Below are positions 1 through 12,288 of a stretch of DNA of 64,000 nt, in pieces. Origin of the DNA: an uncultured Gemmatimonadales bacterium (lineage in GTDB: Bacteria; Gemmatimonadota; Gemmatimonadetes; Gemmatimonadales; GWC2-71-9); contig CAWCVB010000010.1 of the NCBI GenBank assembly GCA_963798915.1, positions 64,001 through 128,000 of the forward strand, written 5' to 3'. Position 1 is the stretch's first letter; every line of letters starts with the position of its first letter. The notes below the pieces were generated by a model, which was not told the origin of the DNA, did no database searches, and saw nothing but the letters and a program-made list of their open reading frames with translations. The position numbers were made by a program, and so were the translations under genes.

Positions 1-1574
1 GTATGTGCCGGCAGTCAGCGCGACGTCCCCAGATTCGGCATTGGCCGTACCAGAGGCACCGCCGCCGCCCTTGGAGTCAACAGCACTGCTGAGTGCCGAG
101 AAGCTGGCATCGTAGAAGTAGACCCCCAAGTCTGCACCGTCGCTGATGTACGGCAGCTGGAACTTGATGGTCTGGTTGGCTCCCAGAACCAGCTTGTACA
201 ACCGGGCACCACCGCCAAAGTCGGCGCTCGCGTTGAAATCATATGGCGCGCCGTCCCAGAACGCCGTGGTGTCACCAACCGCCGGGTCGGTAATGCTCGG
301 AGCGGTCGCAAAGGCGCCCGTTCCCGCCAGGAACGCCACTTCGTCGGCGGTGATCGTCTGGTTGCTCGGCAGGTCGCCCATCTTGAACAGCGATACCAGC
401 CCGCTGTCGACGCTCATGTTGCCATCAACGCCAGGCTCAAAGAGGACCGAAGCGGAGTTGCTGTCCGCGGCGATGGTCCACGCGAGCGCCGGACGTCCAT
501 CGACCGCAAACGTGGATTTAGGTGAGAAGCGGAACAAGGCACTTCCGCCCGTGACCGTGACGAACTGGCCCACCGCTGGCGTATTGTCGGAAACTGCGGC
601 CTGGAACGTGTCCACCACCGCGCTCACGAGTGTGTCTTCCGACGTCAATGAGAACGTGAACGTCGGGTTGGCAGCATTGATGAGATTGGTGAAGGTGGTC
701 GGCCCGACGCTGTTCGGCCCCGCCTCCAAGTCCATGCTTGTGCCATCCCCGGCAATAACGAACCGCGGCGTCGGCCCGGCCGAGTCAAATGAAACTTCGG
801 TCGAGTCCGTGAAGATGACGCCGGCGGGCGCAGTGACCGTAATGTGCTCGCCCAAGGCCGGCGTGAGATTGCTGAAGGTGAAAGGCTGGGTTCCGGAAGG
901 GCTGTTGAGCGTGTCGCTGGCAGTAACTCCGAAGACCACGTTCTTATTGTATGTCAACGTGACATTGGTGAACTTGGCCGGCCCAAGGAGATCGGGCCCG
1001 GCATTGAAGGTCAGCGTGGTGCCGTCGGGCGCGACGCTGACGGGCGTCAATGTGTCGCCACCGAAAATCACCAGGGTGGAATCGGTGAACAGCAGGTCGG
1101 ACGTCACCGATGCGGTCACGACCTCACCCAAGGCCGGTGTCAGAGTCGAGAATGGAAAACTCTCGGCACTGTTGGGGGTCACCACCACCGGCACGTCCAG
1201 CGTCAGATCACCGCTGGTGATGGAAAATGACGAGTTGTCGAGCTCGCTGGTGCTCACCCAGACCCGAAGTTCCGTCGTGTTCGGGTTGAACACCAGGGTA
1301 TCGCCGTGGTAGATCGGCCGGAACGCCGAGTCGGCACGAACGCTGATGCCGGGTCCCACGGTCGAGATCGAGATGGGCTGCAGGACTGACGTGCCCTGCT
1401 GATCCACGACCCGGATGCGAACATTCTGGCTGTCCGTTCTCGAGACGAACACGACGGCGGGTTCGGCCACGATGTGGTCAGCCGATCCGGGACTGACCTG
1501 ATCGGGCTCGGTGCTGCATGCCCCGAGCGACACGTCACGGCGAGTAGAACAGCACCACGCAAGATACGATTCAT
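1..1574 (-). CDS. Secreted lipoprotein with ~3 tandem beta-rich (Ig/TIG-like) repeats; one frameshift near 1525; 3' end runs off window
   Basis: ATG at 1574 with GAGGTG RBS. Reads MNRILRGAVLLAVT then, after a shift, GACSTEPDQV (lipobox-like) and stays open to position 1. Repeats: FSTLTPALGEVVT..FTDST / FSNLTPALGEHIT..FTDST / SDNTPAVGQFVT. The + ORF 146..1312 is its antisense shadow. Confidence 0.65.
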
Positions 1575-1660
1575 GTCTGGCACCTCATTCCAATCGAAAT
1601 GTGGACACGCGCCCGGAGCCGCTTCGAGGCGAATGCTCACCCGCCGTGCCGGCAGGCGGG

Positions 1661-3132
1661 CTAGAAGGGGCTGTCGGAACCACCGGTAAAATCAATGCCC
1701 AGATAATGGCAGATATCCTGCACCGCCGCCTTACCCAGGATTTCCTTCCAGGCGGCAGCACCGTGCTCAGTGACAGTCGTTGGTGTAATCAACTGGTACG
1801 ACCCGAACCCGTTACGATCCGCAAAAATATAGTATCGCGGCTTGCCACGGGTGTATCGCCACACCTCATATGGCGGCGCGAAGCCAGTTGGCACCCGCGT
1901 GAGCTGGTCGGATGCCGCGCCATACTTGGCATAAATCCGGCCCCGGTCAGTCCGCCACCCCGGCTCCTGCCGGCCTCGTCCCAACCCGAAATGCCTGGTC
2001 CGCATAGGCAATGGCCTGGTAGAACCGCTCGCGCTCCTCATTCGCCGGCGTTTCCGGCTTGAGCGTCGAACTGCTTCCAGAAGGCCACCAGGAAGCGGCG
2101 CTTGGCACTCACCGACAATTTGTCGTAGCCGCGCAGCTCGTTCGACTTGGCAATCAGCAGCAGTGGCGCCTCCGCAGAATCCAGCTGCGCCTCGTCCATC
2201 GCCGCGAAGTATGCCTCGTCTCCCGCGGTCGCTACGCTGCCGGCGCTCATGCCGCCCCGAGCGCTGTCCTGCGCCAGTGTCTCCTGCATGCTGGCCATGC
2301 TGAACGGTGCCCGCCGCTCAATCCGCTGCCCATTGAGATCCAGCGTGACCACAAACTGATATCGGTCCTGGCGGAAGTCCATCAAGATCCAGCTGCCCCT
2401 GCAGCGTCCCGCCTCCTGCCGGCACCGGGACCGCCGATGGTGCTGTTCGGAAGAATGACTTTCCCCGACGAATCCACCACCGAAACCTGCATCGCGCCCG
2501 AGGTTTCGTCCGGTCTGTCCCGTGTAGGTTTCCAGCAGGTAGAACGCCTTGGTGCGCATCGGTGTCAGTCTGAAGCTCCACGGCTGGCACCAGGATGGTA
2601 TTTCCTCGCCGGATTTCGCCCGGCTGGGGCACGGTGTCGCCGTCGCCGGCCGTGCGCATGGCAGGCGACAACAGCAGGTCGCTCGCCGTCGGGCGGCGAA
2701 CTGTAGCCCAATGACCGCTGACATCCGTCTGCGCCTCCGTCCCGACACGCTGTCAGTCACGGTAACGTGCATGGTGTAGCGGCCCGCGACCACTGGAAAC
2801 TCCATCAATTCCAAGTCCGGTGGCGCCAGGCATCTTGCGCTTCGGTCGGGAACCCGCTTGCTCCAAGTCCACGGCTCCGCCAGGAGCGCAAGGCCGGTCG
2901 AGTCTGTCACCTGGGCACTCACGCTGTAGACCATGCTGCCCGTCGCCGGAACCACTTGCTGGTGCCTGCAGGAGCGAGTATGGCACACTCACGAAGACCT
3001 TGACCAGCGTCTGCGCATGCATCGGGCCGATAGTACCGGACGACCCGCATGCTCCAGCGAATCCTGGGCGCGAACTTCAGACGCGGGCCAGAGCGAAAGA
3101 AGCGCCGCCAGTGCCACCACTGAATGCAACAT
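1661..3132 (-). CDS. GWxTD domain-containing protein (frameshifted, reconstructed)
   Basis: Signal peptide MLHSVVALAALLSLWPASEVRAQ from 3132. C-terminal part has 'KRRFLVAFWK' and 'PGWRTDRGRIYAKYG...PPYEVWRY...YIFADRNGFGSYQL', the GWxTD signature. Split across several ORFs. Confidence 0.75.
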
Positions 3133-3268
3133 GCAACTGCCTCGGAATGAGTAGTTCATGGAGACCCGGCCGAGAGCCGACTGCTCGACAGCCTGCCATG
3201 CCGGTGCCGGCAATCGTGGCCGGCCTCCTGTATGACGCGCAACTCATCCCGCCTTGGACAAGAAGAGC

Positions 3269-3303
3269 GATGTGGCGGACGCGGGACGGCCGCCCGCCAC
3301 ATC
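3269..3303 (-). terminator. Hairpin downstream of porV-like gene
   Basis: GATGTGGCGG...CCGCCACATC 10-bp stem just after the stop at 3311, followed on the minus strand by GCTCTTCTT. Confidence 0.4.
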
Positions 3304-3310
3304 CCGGGTG

Positions 3311-4426
3311 TTACCAGCCGAGGCTGAAGGTGAAGAAGTTCGTTCCACCCAGGACGCCCATGTAGCGGAAGGCGTAATCCAGCCCAAGACTGAAGGTGCC
3401 GGTGTCGTAATTCAGTCCGCCACCGAGGGCCAGACCCTGCAGGCGCTCTTCATCATTGAGCGCCGTCTGGTTCACGGCGAGGTCCACATTGTTGGCCGGC
3501 GCGTAGCTGTAGCTGCCGCGCAGCGCAAATCCGAACGGGCTGCCACCGAGCCGATTGGTGGCGAACTCGCTGCCGAACGAGAAGCCCGCCTTGTTGCTGG
3601 TGACCTGGTTGAAATCACCCAGCAGCGAAAGGCGGCTGGTCTCCGCTGAAATCAGGTCGTAGGACAGGCCCACCCGGAAGGTGGTCGGGAGCGGGAAATC
3701 CTTGCTCCGGAACTGGCCCGGCTGATCGATGCTGGGGACCGGCTGCTCACCCTGGAGGGGCTCCCGTGGGATGTCCGCATTCAGGCCCGTGCCGCTGTAG
3801 CGCAGGTTGGTGCCGAGATTGGACAGGACGAAGGAGAACACTACCGGATGGTTGTTCAGCGAGGCATGGAAATTGGTGCCGAAGTCCACGGCGAACGCCG
3901 TACCGTGCGCGTCGCCGAGGTTGTCGGAAATCACCTTGCCCGTGATGCCGGCGGAGAAGCGGTCGGAGAAGTTCGACGCCAGCGTCATGCCGGCGAAGGT
4001 TTCCGTGACCGAGTACCGTGCGCCGGTGCCGTCTGGCTGATCCACGGTGTAGACCGGCTGGTCGCTGAAGCCGAAGGTGCCGAGCTGCACGCCGAACGAG
4101 CTGGTGCCGCCGTTAAATGGCAGCGCGAAGCCACCCCAGCTGTAGCGGGTGTCCGCCACATAGTTGTAGGTGCTGACCATGACACCCGGCCGGCTCATCA
4201 GCGCGGCGCCGCCCGGGTTGTAGTAGAGGGAACTCACATCGGTTGCGAGCGCAGTGAATGCGCCGCCGAGCGCGACGCCCCGGGCCCCGGCCCCAAGCAG
4301 CAGGAATTCTGCCGAGGTGGTCCCGTAGCCCGTATTGTCCGCGGCTGCCTGTGCTGCCAGTCCCGCCGGCAGCCCAGTCAGAAGCGCCGCGACCAGGGCG
4401 AAGCGTTGGGTGTTGAACTGACTCAT
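3311..4426 (-). CDS. PorV/PorQ family outer-membrane beta-barrel (T9SS-associated)
   Basis: Signal peptide; GTTSAEFLLLGAGARGVALGGAFTALATDVSSLYYNPGG N-terminal motif; ends in aromatic residue (FSLGW). Confidence 0.85.
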   Translation of the reverse strand: MSQFNTQRFALVAALLTGLPAGLAAQAAADNTGYGTTSAEFLLLGAGARGVALGGAFTALATDVSSLYYNPGGAALMSRPGVMVSTYNYVADTRYSWGGFALPFNGGTSSFGVQLGTFGFSDQPVYTVDQPDGTGARYSVTETFAGMTLASNFSDRFSAGITGKVISDNLGDAHGTAFAVDFGTNFHASLNNHPVVFSFVLSNLGTNLRYSGTGLNADIPREPLQGEQPVPSIDQPGQFRSKDFPLPTTFRVGLSYDLISAETSRLSLLGDFNQVTSNKAGFSFGSEFATNRLGGSPFGFALRGSYSYAPANNVDLAVNQTALNDEERLQGLALGGGLNYDTGTFSLGLDYAFRYMGVLGGTNFFTFSLGW

Positions 4427-4486
4427 AAGCTTCCATTCTCCTGGATGCGGGGAAGGACGGGCGAGCCGCCCTCCCCCTGCTGTGGG

Positions 4487-7400
4487 CTACTGGGCGAAGT
4501 TCACCACGGTAAACCGGCCGACTCGCCGCGCATCACCTGCTTCGATGTGATAGAAGTACACACCGCTTGCGACCACCTGGTGGTTCCGGTTCTGGAGGTT
4601 CCAGCTCTCGGTACCATCGCTCTGAGCCGAGTGGTGCTCCAGCACATCCACCAGCACGCCACTCGATGAGTAGATGCGGATGGTGGCCGCGTCGGGCAGG
4701 TTCACGAACTTGAGAATCTTGACGTCCGTGCTCTGCTCCAACTCATTGGTGATGTAGTATGGGTCCGGCACCGTATGCACCGCGTCGAGGTCCGCCAGCG
4801 TCGGAGCGGCAATCGTGTTGGTGGCGGTGAACTGCACACCGATTTCGGCGCCAACGGCCGAGAACGTCCGTGGAACCTCGAAGAATGCACCGGCATCGGT
4901 GACGCCTCCGACATAGCTACGCAGCGTCCAGACCGTACCGGCCGCCGGGAGTTCAGTGGCTCCCATGAGGAATGGGAAGCCCGGCATGTAGAGCCCGAAA
5001 CCGGTCTGGCCCGGCGGAGGAGCGGCCGCGATCTTGGCCGCTGTGTTGCCGATCTGCAGCGGCGCGATTGTCGCCGTCTCGACCAGACGGTATGGATCCG
5101 CGACCGCGTCGTCACCGCAATCCATATTGGTGGCCTGGAAGCCGCTGGCCACCTGCTGCGGCGCCGGCGTGACGCAGGCAAAGTCGCCCAGGGTCACGAC
5201 CCCGGTATTGCCGTCGATGCTGGCGTCGTTGCTGGCCGAGGCCGGCGTGAGGAAGCCCCAGTTGCCGCCGAACGCGGTGTCGAACGGCACCGGCACATTG
5301 TGGGTGATGTCAATGACCGAGTCCACCGTGCCGCCCGCGCCCCAGTAAAGCTTGAAGTCGGCCGCGCGCACTGCAGCCCCGAACATGCCGTTGAAGTCGC
5401 GGAAGCCCACGCCCGCGTAGCCCTGGAGATAGGCCATCGGGTAGTGAATAACCGAGATCCCCGGCAATTCGCCCGCATTGCTGAAGTCGGCGAAGCTCGC
5501 CGGACTGATAGCGTAGTTCGCGTTCGGATTATCCTGCGTTTCGTTGTCACCCACGAACCACCGCGGACCGTTGGCGGGGGACAGTGTCGGGAAACCGGTC
5601 GTCTGTGACCCGAACGCGTCCGAGCGGCCCCACTGGGAAGTGAAGTATTCGCCGGGCAGCGTCATCTGTACATTGCCGTACAGCGCGAAGTCGCTCGATC
5701 CGCCGAAACGACTGCTGCTGGGATCCAGCGCCGCGGCCTTGAAAGGCGTCCCGTCCGCCGTAGTAGGAGCTTCAGTAAAGTTCTGCAGGATCGGGACGGT
5801 GATGTGCGCCGTGCCAGCAGAAGACGTGGCCGTCAGGTAATACGTGTTCGACATGCCTTCCACGGCATTGCCCAGGCCGATGCTGTCCAGCCGGGCCGAG
5901 AAGGAGCCGGAACCCTTCAGCACCTCCGATACCGCGCCAACAAAGCTGACGTCCCACGCGTTCGCGGCCGGAAACGGCCCGCTGAACTTGCTGGTCGCCG
6001 GGTCAAAGGCGGGCGCCGGAGCATCGGGATTCAGGTTGGTGCCACGCCCGCTGATGAAGGGCTGCGTCGCGACGTCGCTCGCACTGTTGGTGGCGGCTAC
6101 GTGCGGCGTCACTGACTTGGTGATTCGCGCCGACTCGATACTGGACGGGCCTGACGCGAATGAGTTGACATCGAAGGCGGTGACCGCGTAGAAGTAACGC
6201 AGATTGTTCCGCACCCCGCGGTCCACGTACACGAACGGCACGCCGGTGTCAGCAAGCCCGGGGAAGCCGGAGTTGCCGCCGGTGATCACGGTGTCGGACT
6301 GGAGCGGCAGGATGGTCGCCGTGCCGTCAGCCAACTCGGCGCGGGAACCGGTCTTGACCTGGACCACTCCGCCCACTAGCGGAATATCACGCGAGTGCGT
6401 CCGCGCGACCCCGGGCTCGAACTCGGTCGAATCGTAGCCGGCCGCGCATCGGTCAAAGAGACCGATGTCGGGTGCGCACACGGTGAGTTCGGTCGCATCC
6501 GTTCCAGTGTTGGCCACGAAGCCAGAGAAGTCACTGATCGAGGTGCCGCCGTAGTCGAACTGAGCCAGCAGCGACAGCGAGCTGGGGGCGTCCACCCGGC
6601 CCCGATAGACCCGGTAGCCCTCCACGTCATACTGGCGATAGTTCGGGATCATACAGGTTGTTGACGACCGGCGCGCCACCACCCTCGGGCACGCTCATCG
6701 GGCTGCTGGCAATCTCGAAGAAGGGATCGCCCGTGCTCTCAGTCGCGGATGGACGCCAGAGCACCGTCACCTGGTTATCGCCCGGCACCAGGAAGAACTC
6801 CGGCGCGTCGGGCGCAAAGGCGAGCAGGAATCGGCTATCAAAGACCTGCTGGGCCACCTTGGCCTTGCCCAGCAGTGAGCCGGGCACCACGTTGTACTCA
6901 TCCTGCTGGGCAATGCCGTCGACGTTGGCGTCGCTGTAGCCCAGGAAACCCGCCAGCGAATCCACCATGTTCACGCCACCCGGCGTGGTCAGCGTGGTCA
7001 TGTCGGTGAACACGCGGGGATCGCCCGGCGTGAGATCGGTCGCGCCGCCCGGCGAGAACGAGGCCACCGCGACCGGCGCCGCGAAGATATACGCCACCGC
7101 GATCGAGCCAAATTCGCCCGGTGCCAGCGTCAGCGGCGTCGACGACTGGAAGAACCGCATGTCGGCCGCGGCCGTATTGTTGACGTAGCAGATGTGCGTA
7201 ACGCGTCGGGTCTCCCGTGGTGCACGGGGCATCGCCGGCCGCGTCGAGATGTTGCCCGACAGGTAGCGGAACAGCTGCGTGGTGTTGCGCGGATCGCCGA
7301 ACACGCCGCCGTTGATGGTGTTGCTGAACAACTGGATTGCGCCCGGCCCGGTCGGGACTCTTCAGGTACTTGACGCCCACGAATCCGACGCCCGGGAAGA

Positions 7401-8377
7401 AGGGCGGTGCGAAGATGCCGGGATCGAAGGTCCAGGTGTTCGGCTGCCCGAAGTCCTTCTGATAGGTATTGCCCAGCGCGAACGGCAGCTCGACCGTCGA
7501 GTAGTTGTCGCCGGCGCTGCCGACGTCCATGTCCGCGCCAAACGCCGCGAACATGTTCTCGATCGTATACCCTTCGTCCGGCAGGTCGACGCCGTACTCG
7601 GCGTTGTTCAGCGCATGAAACTGCTTGCGCCTTCTCCAGCAGGATTTCGCGCATGCTGGGCCGGATAGCCGCGTAGACCGCCGGATCCAGCGACGTCACA
7701 TTGTAGAAGGTGTAAATCAGGTAGACGATGTCCTGGTTACCGGTCGGATAATTCCAGCCCATGCCGCGGGTCTCGACCGCGATGCCCATGGGGTGCGGAC
7801 GGCCGCCGCCGGTGCTCGGATCGCCTTCCCATGACATCAGCCAGACATCGCCCTGTGAGGCGCTGACCCGGTTGCGGAGCACCGGGTAGAACAGATCCTC
7901 ACTGGCATCGCCACTGGGAACCAGCGCGGCGTCCGGCCAACTGGCCACATCGTCGGGATTGGTGGCGTTGTAGATCGGCTGAACTTCCTGGCCGTGCACG
8001 TTGTCGCCGCGAGCGTTGAAGAAGAACGCGCCCGTGGTGTCGCCGCCCCAGGGGTTGGCCGGCTTGCTCCCGCCGATGATACCGGCAAGCTGAAGACCGG
8101 TGTTGAACACGTACTGGTCGCCCGTGCCCTTGGGCCAGAAGCCGCCACCGATGGTGGAGGAGTTGGTGGAATCCACGCAGATTTCTCCGCTGGTGGATAT
8201 GCCGCAATAGACGCGGTTGATGGTGAACGCGCCCAGACTGCGCGCGAACAGCCGGAATCCGCTGCGCTTGACGCCCGGCTCGGGCTTGGCCGACGCCACT
8301 GACGGCGCGAACGCCGCCATGGCGAGGGCCAGGAGCCCGCCGAGCAGGACGCCCCTCGTACCGAAACGTGAGTGCAT
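4487..8377 (-). CDS. Large (~1300 aa) secreted protein with T9SS type-A-like C-terminal sorting domain (frameshifted, reconstructed)
   Basis: ATG 8377 with GAGAGGA RBS and signal peptide MHSRFGTRGVLLGGLLALAMAAFAPSVASA. FN3-like segment 'PGDNQVTVLW..YDVEGYRVYRG'. C-terminus VPDPYY...FVNLP..ATIRIYSSSGVLVDVLEH...WNLQNRNHQVVASGVYFYHIEA...GRFTVV. Pieced together from 4 ORFs. Confidence 0.75.
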
Positions 8378-8460
8378 CGTGCATCCTCTCCGATGAGAAT
8401 AGCGTAGGCCCCGGAGCCGGGAGCGCACCTGCGCGCCCACCGGCCCGGCACCCGTTGACC

Positions 8461-11400
8461 TCAGAAATTGATCTCGACTCCCAGCCGCGCCCGACGGCCG
8501 GTGCCCAGGAAGGCGTTCTCGCCCAACCCGGTCAGGTAGCGCGCCTTCGGCAATCTTGCGCTGCTCGTCCAGCGAGAACAGGTGGTCGCCATTGCCCCAG
8601 CGCTCTTCCACGCGCCGCAGGTAGATGCAGCTCGGCACGCCGCCTTCGATCTGCGGTGGTGACGTAATTGGCACATCCAGCCACGCCCTGGCCACCAAAT
8701 TGAGGTCGATGTCGCCGGTAGCGTCGTTGTAGATCGCGTTGGCCGTAGCTTCGTCCTGCCAGTTACCCAGGGTGGACTGGATCGACCGCTCCTCATTCAG
8801 GTTGTCCACGATGTCATTGGTGTTGATGAACACGCGGAGGACATTCTTGAAATTGAACAGATTGTCAACCTGCAGGTAGGTCGTCAGGTCCATGCCACCC
8901 AGGCCAAAGCCCTTGGTGAGCTTGATGTCGAACTGCTTGAAGGCCGGCAGCCGTGCGGCGTTATAGCCGCCCACGAACTGGCTCTGGATGCCGCAGGCCT
9001 GACCCGAGAGCACGCCCAGATTATCGCTGGCCGGCGTGCACTTGGTATACGCGGTGCCACTGGCGTAGCGGAAGACGCTGAACAGCCCGACGTTCTGGAG
9101 GACCGTGCCCAGCGCCGTTCCATCATGCCAGTCGCCCGGGAAGTTCACGCTGAAGGCACCCGCCAGGCTGTGTGGCCGGCTCTCGTTCGTCGGCGCGATC
9201 GCCTGCGGCGGCGGCTGGTTGCCGCCCGACAGCGAATTGATGATGCGCGAGCCGAAATTGATATAGGTCAGCGGGTCCGACCCGGTGTTCTTGGCTGAGG
9301 CGTAGCTGTACGACACCGTGCCGTTGAAGATCTGGCCGATCCGACGGTCCAGCCGGACGTCCACGCCGCGCGTGTTGCCAAAGTCCTCATTGGTCAGCAC
9401 CCGCAGGTTGTTCGGGCGAGTTGTTGCGGGTCGGGTTGCGACGGCTGACAAGGCGGCCCGCGACGTCGGCCAGCTTGTCCTTGTTGTAGGCCGCCACGTC
9501 CAGCACCATGTCGTCGCTGAAGGCATGCCGGATGCCGAACTCGAAGAGCACCGTCTTGGCGAAATCGAGGTCGGTGCCGAACACGTTGTTCGTATTGCTG
9601 AGCGTCAGGTCGCTGAAGATGCTCGTCAGCATGGCGCCGAAGTCCGGCGTCTGCACCTGGTGTGCATAGGACAGGCGGAAATTGGTCTTCTCCGTCACCG
9701 GGAAGGCCACCTGCACGTGCGGGCTCAGGTACGAGTGACGCTGGTCGGGCAGGAAGGCCACCAGCGGCAGGTCCTGGCCATTGACGTTGAACGTCTGGCC
9801 CTCGGCCCCGTAGCTCGAGAGGGCCGGATACTGCTGATACTGCCCGAAGGTCGGATTGGCCGCGCCCAGTCCCGGAAAGCGTCTGGATCGTGTCCAGCGA
9901 ATAGGGCCGTTCTGCGCGCGTGTTGTATACGTCGTAGCGCAAGCCGCCGACCACGACGACGTCGCCCAGGTCGAGCCGGTCTTCCACGAAGGCGTTCCAG
10001 TAGATGGGCTTCTCGATGTAGGCATCGGAGAAGATCTGAGTCGTCAAGCTGTGGCCGTAGAGCGCTGTGTTGTACCAGGTATGCTCGCCGCCCAGCTTGA
10101 GCCGGTTGTAGCGGTCAAACTGCCAGTCAACATTGGCCAGGGCCCGGAGGCGGTTCTCCCGGTACATCCGGAGCGTGCCGGTGGGTCCACCGGTCTCGCT
10201 GCTGCCCAGCGTGCCGTAGCCGCTGTTGCGGTAGGTGTTGACCGTATTGTACTGGTCCACGCGCGGCCAGGTCATACGGCGACCGTCGGCTGCCCTGCCG
10301 GTTGAACTTGTAGTTGTTGATGAGCTCCGAGTCCAGCGGGAACGACTTGAAGTCAAACATGAATCCGAGCGGCTGCACCAGGAACCCACCGAAGTTGTCC
10401 TGCGGTGGCCAGCGCGCTCTCGGGGGTGAGCGGTCCCTGCAATCCCCGATCCTGCTGATAGGAAAGGCTGGCATCGAGAGCCAGGGCGCGTTCAGCCGAC
10501 TTGGACAGGTTCTGGGTCCAGTTCATCTGGTAGACCCGGCTCCAGTTACGAAGCCCAAACAGATTGGACGGGTTGGAGTTGAGCGTGATCCCGTTCCGGC
10601 TCTGGCTCTGGCTACCAATGAACAACAGCGCGATGCGCGAGCCCACGCCGAAGCTGTAGTTCAGCTTGCCCTGCACGCCGTAATTGGACGACACATTACG
10701 GGAATTGCGGGCCCCGTTGCAGGACACACCGTAATTGTCGGCAATGTCAGGGTTGGTGCTGCCGGCAAACTGCTCGCACGTGCCCTGGTCCACCGCCAGG
10801 TTATACACATCCACGTACGACGTGTCGGACGTCTGGCTGCCCGGCGAAAGCGGCACCGCCACGGTGGTGTCAATGCCGGCGTACCGGAAGTTCGGATACA
10901 GTTGGGCATTCCGCCCGCCGAAGCCGTACCGGTTGCCTTCCAGGGTGCCTGACAGGTAGAACGTCAGGTCGCCCATCAGCGGGCCGCCGAGGGCGGCATT
11001 GATGCGGTTGAATCCGGTGCTGCTGGTGTTGGCGAACGGTTCGTCCGTCTCCCAGCCCAGGTGGCCACTAAACGAGGAGCCGCCGGTCTTGGTGACGATG
11101 TTCAGGATGCCGGACTGTGCGTTGCCATACTGCGACGAGCTGGCGCCAGTGGTGATCGATGCTTCTTCAAAGTCTCCCTTGCCGAAGTCAATCGAGTTGC
11201 CACTGACGTTCGAATTGGTGACCGTGCCACGGTTGCCTGGCGAGACCGGTACGCCATCGATATAGGTGGCCGCCTCGTCTGGCCGGCCGCCGCGAATGCT
11301 CAGCGTATTGCCACTGGCGCTCGCCACCACGCCCGGCTGCAACGCCAGGGCCTGGTTGATGCGATCCACCGGCAACGCCGCCGTGAAGTCGCCGCTGATC

Positions 11401-11825
11401 CGCTGCTTGGTCGTGACTTCGTCACGGGGCACCAGCGGCTGCGTGGTGGCGACGGTGATGTCGGGCAGTTCAACTGTCGTGGCCGGGAGGCTGAAGTCCT
11501 GCGTCAGCGTCTGGCCGGACAGGACACGCACGCCCTCCGTGCGCATGGCCCGGTAGCCGATGAACGCGGCACGCATGGCGTAGGTGCCGGAGGGCACGTT
11601 GTTAATGAAGTAATACCCCTGCGGGTTGGTGAGCGCGGAGAACGCAGTGCCGACGATCGTCACGGACGCGTTAGCGATGGGCGCGCCCGCCTCATCGTTA
11701 ACCCGGCCCTCGACCTTGCCAGTTGCCTGGGCCTGGAGCGCTGATGCGCCCACCACCAGAGCAACTGCGGCAAATGCGAACGTACGCGCTGCGCGAGCGA
11801 AGGCCCTGACACAGCTTTGCTTCAT
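8461..11825 (-). CDS. TonB-dependent receptor with N-terminal carboxypeptidase-regulatory-like domain (frameshifted, reconstructed ~1120 aa)
   Basis: ATG 11825 with GGAGGA RBS. TGKVEGRV..GAPIANASVTIVGT; plug LALQPGV...IRGGRPDE..YIDGVP; GGLRYD; LSPHVQVAFPVTEKTNFRLSYAH; C-terminal RRARLGVEINF. Confidence 0.85.
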
Positions 11826-12288
11826 GGAAACGTCCTCCAAAGGCGTGAACCTGCTTGGTACTGCCAGCTTGGAGCGGGGGAAGGCCTCCCCCTGCGGGCA
11901 CAACTACATCATGGGCCGCCAGCGAGAGCTGACGGACAGTATGTACCGGCGGATTGTTGAGACCGTGGCCGAATGCAAACTGTTGATGCCTTTAGAAATG
12001 CCAGAACGGAGTCCGGTCCGAAATGACCGGTCAGCTAATATGAAACGCGCCGGAACGCGTGTCAAGCAATTGTCACGGCCCATGCTCCGGTTCGTGACGT
12101 CCGCGTAACCCGCTGCAACTAGCCCGGTTACCCTCTGGAACGGAAGGCCGACCGGGGGGACCGGCTCCCGCACGGCAAGTCGAAGCGACTCACCTGAACT
12201 GCATCGTGCAACGCAAATGATTGCCTAGACTAACGTGATTCAGGTCACTTGGAAAGGGGTCGATTTGGGCCAGGCCGCCGGCCCGGTG

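Noticed and set aside
146..1312. 388-aa + strand ORF
   Set aside because: Antisense shadow of the minus-strand lipoprotein, which has an RBS, signal peptide and operon context
7130..9526. 798-aa ORF as a single TBDR-cargo fusion protein
   Set aside because: Chimera caused by frameshifts; the TBDR ends at 8461 and the next gene has its own RBS and signal peptide at 8377
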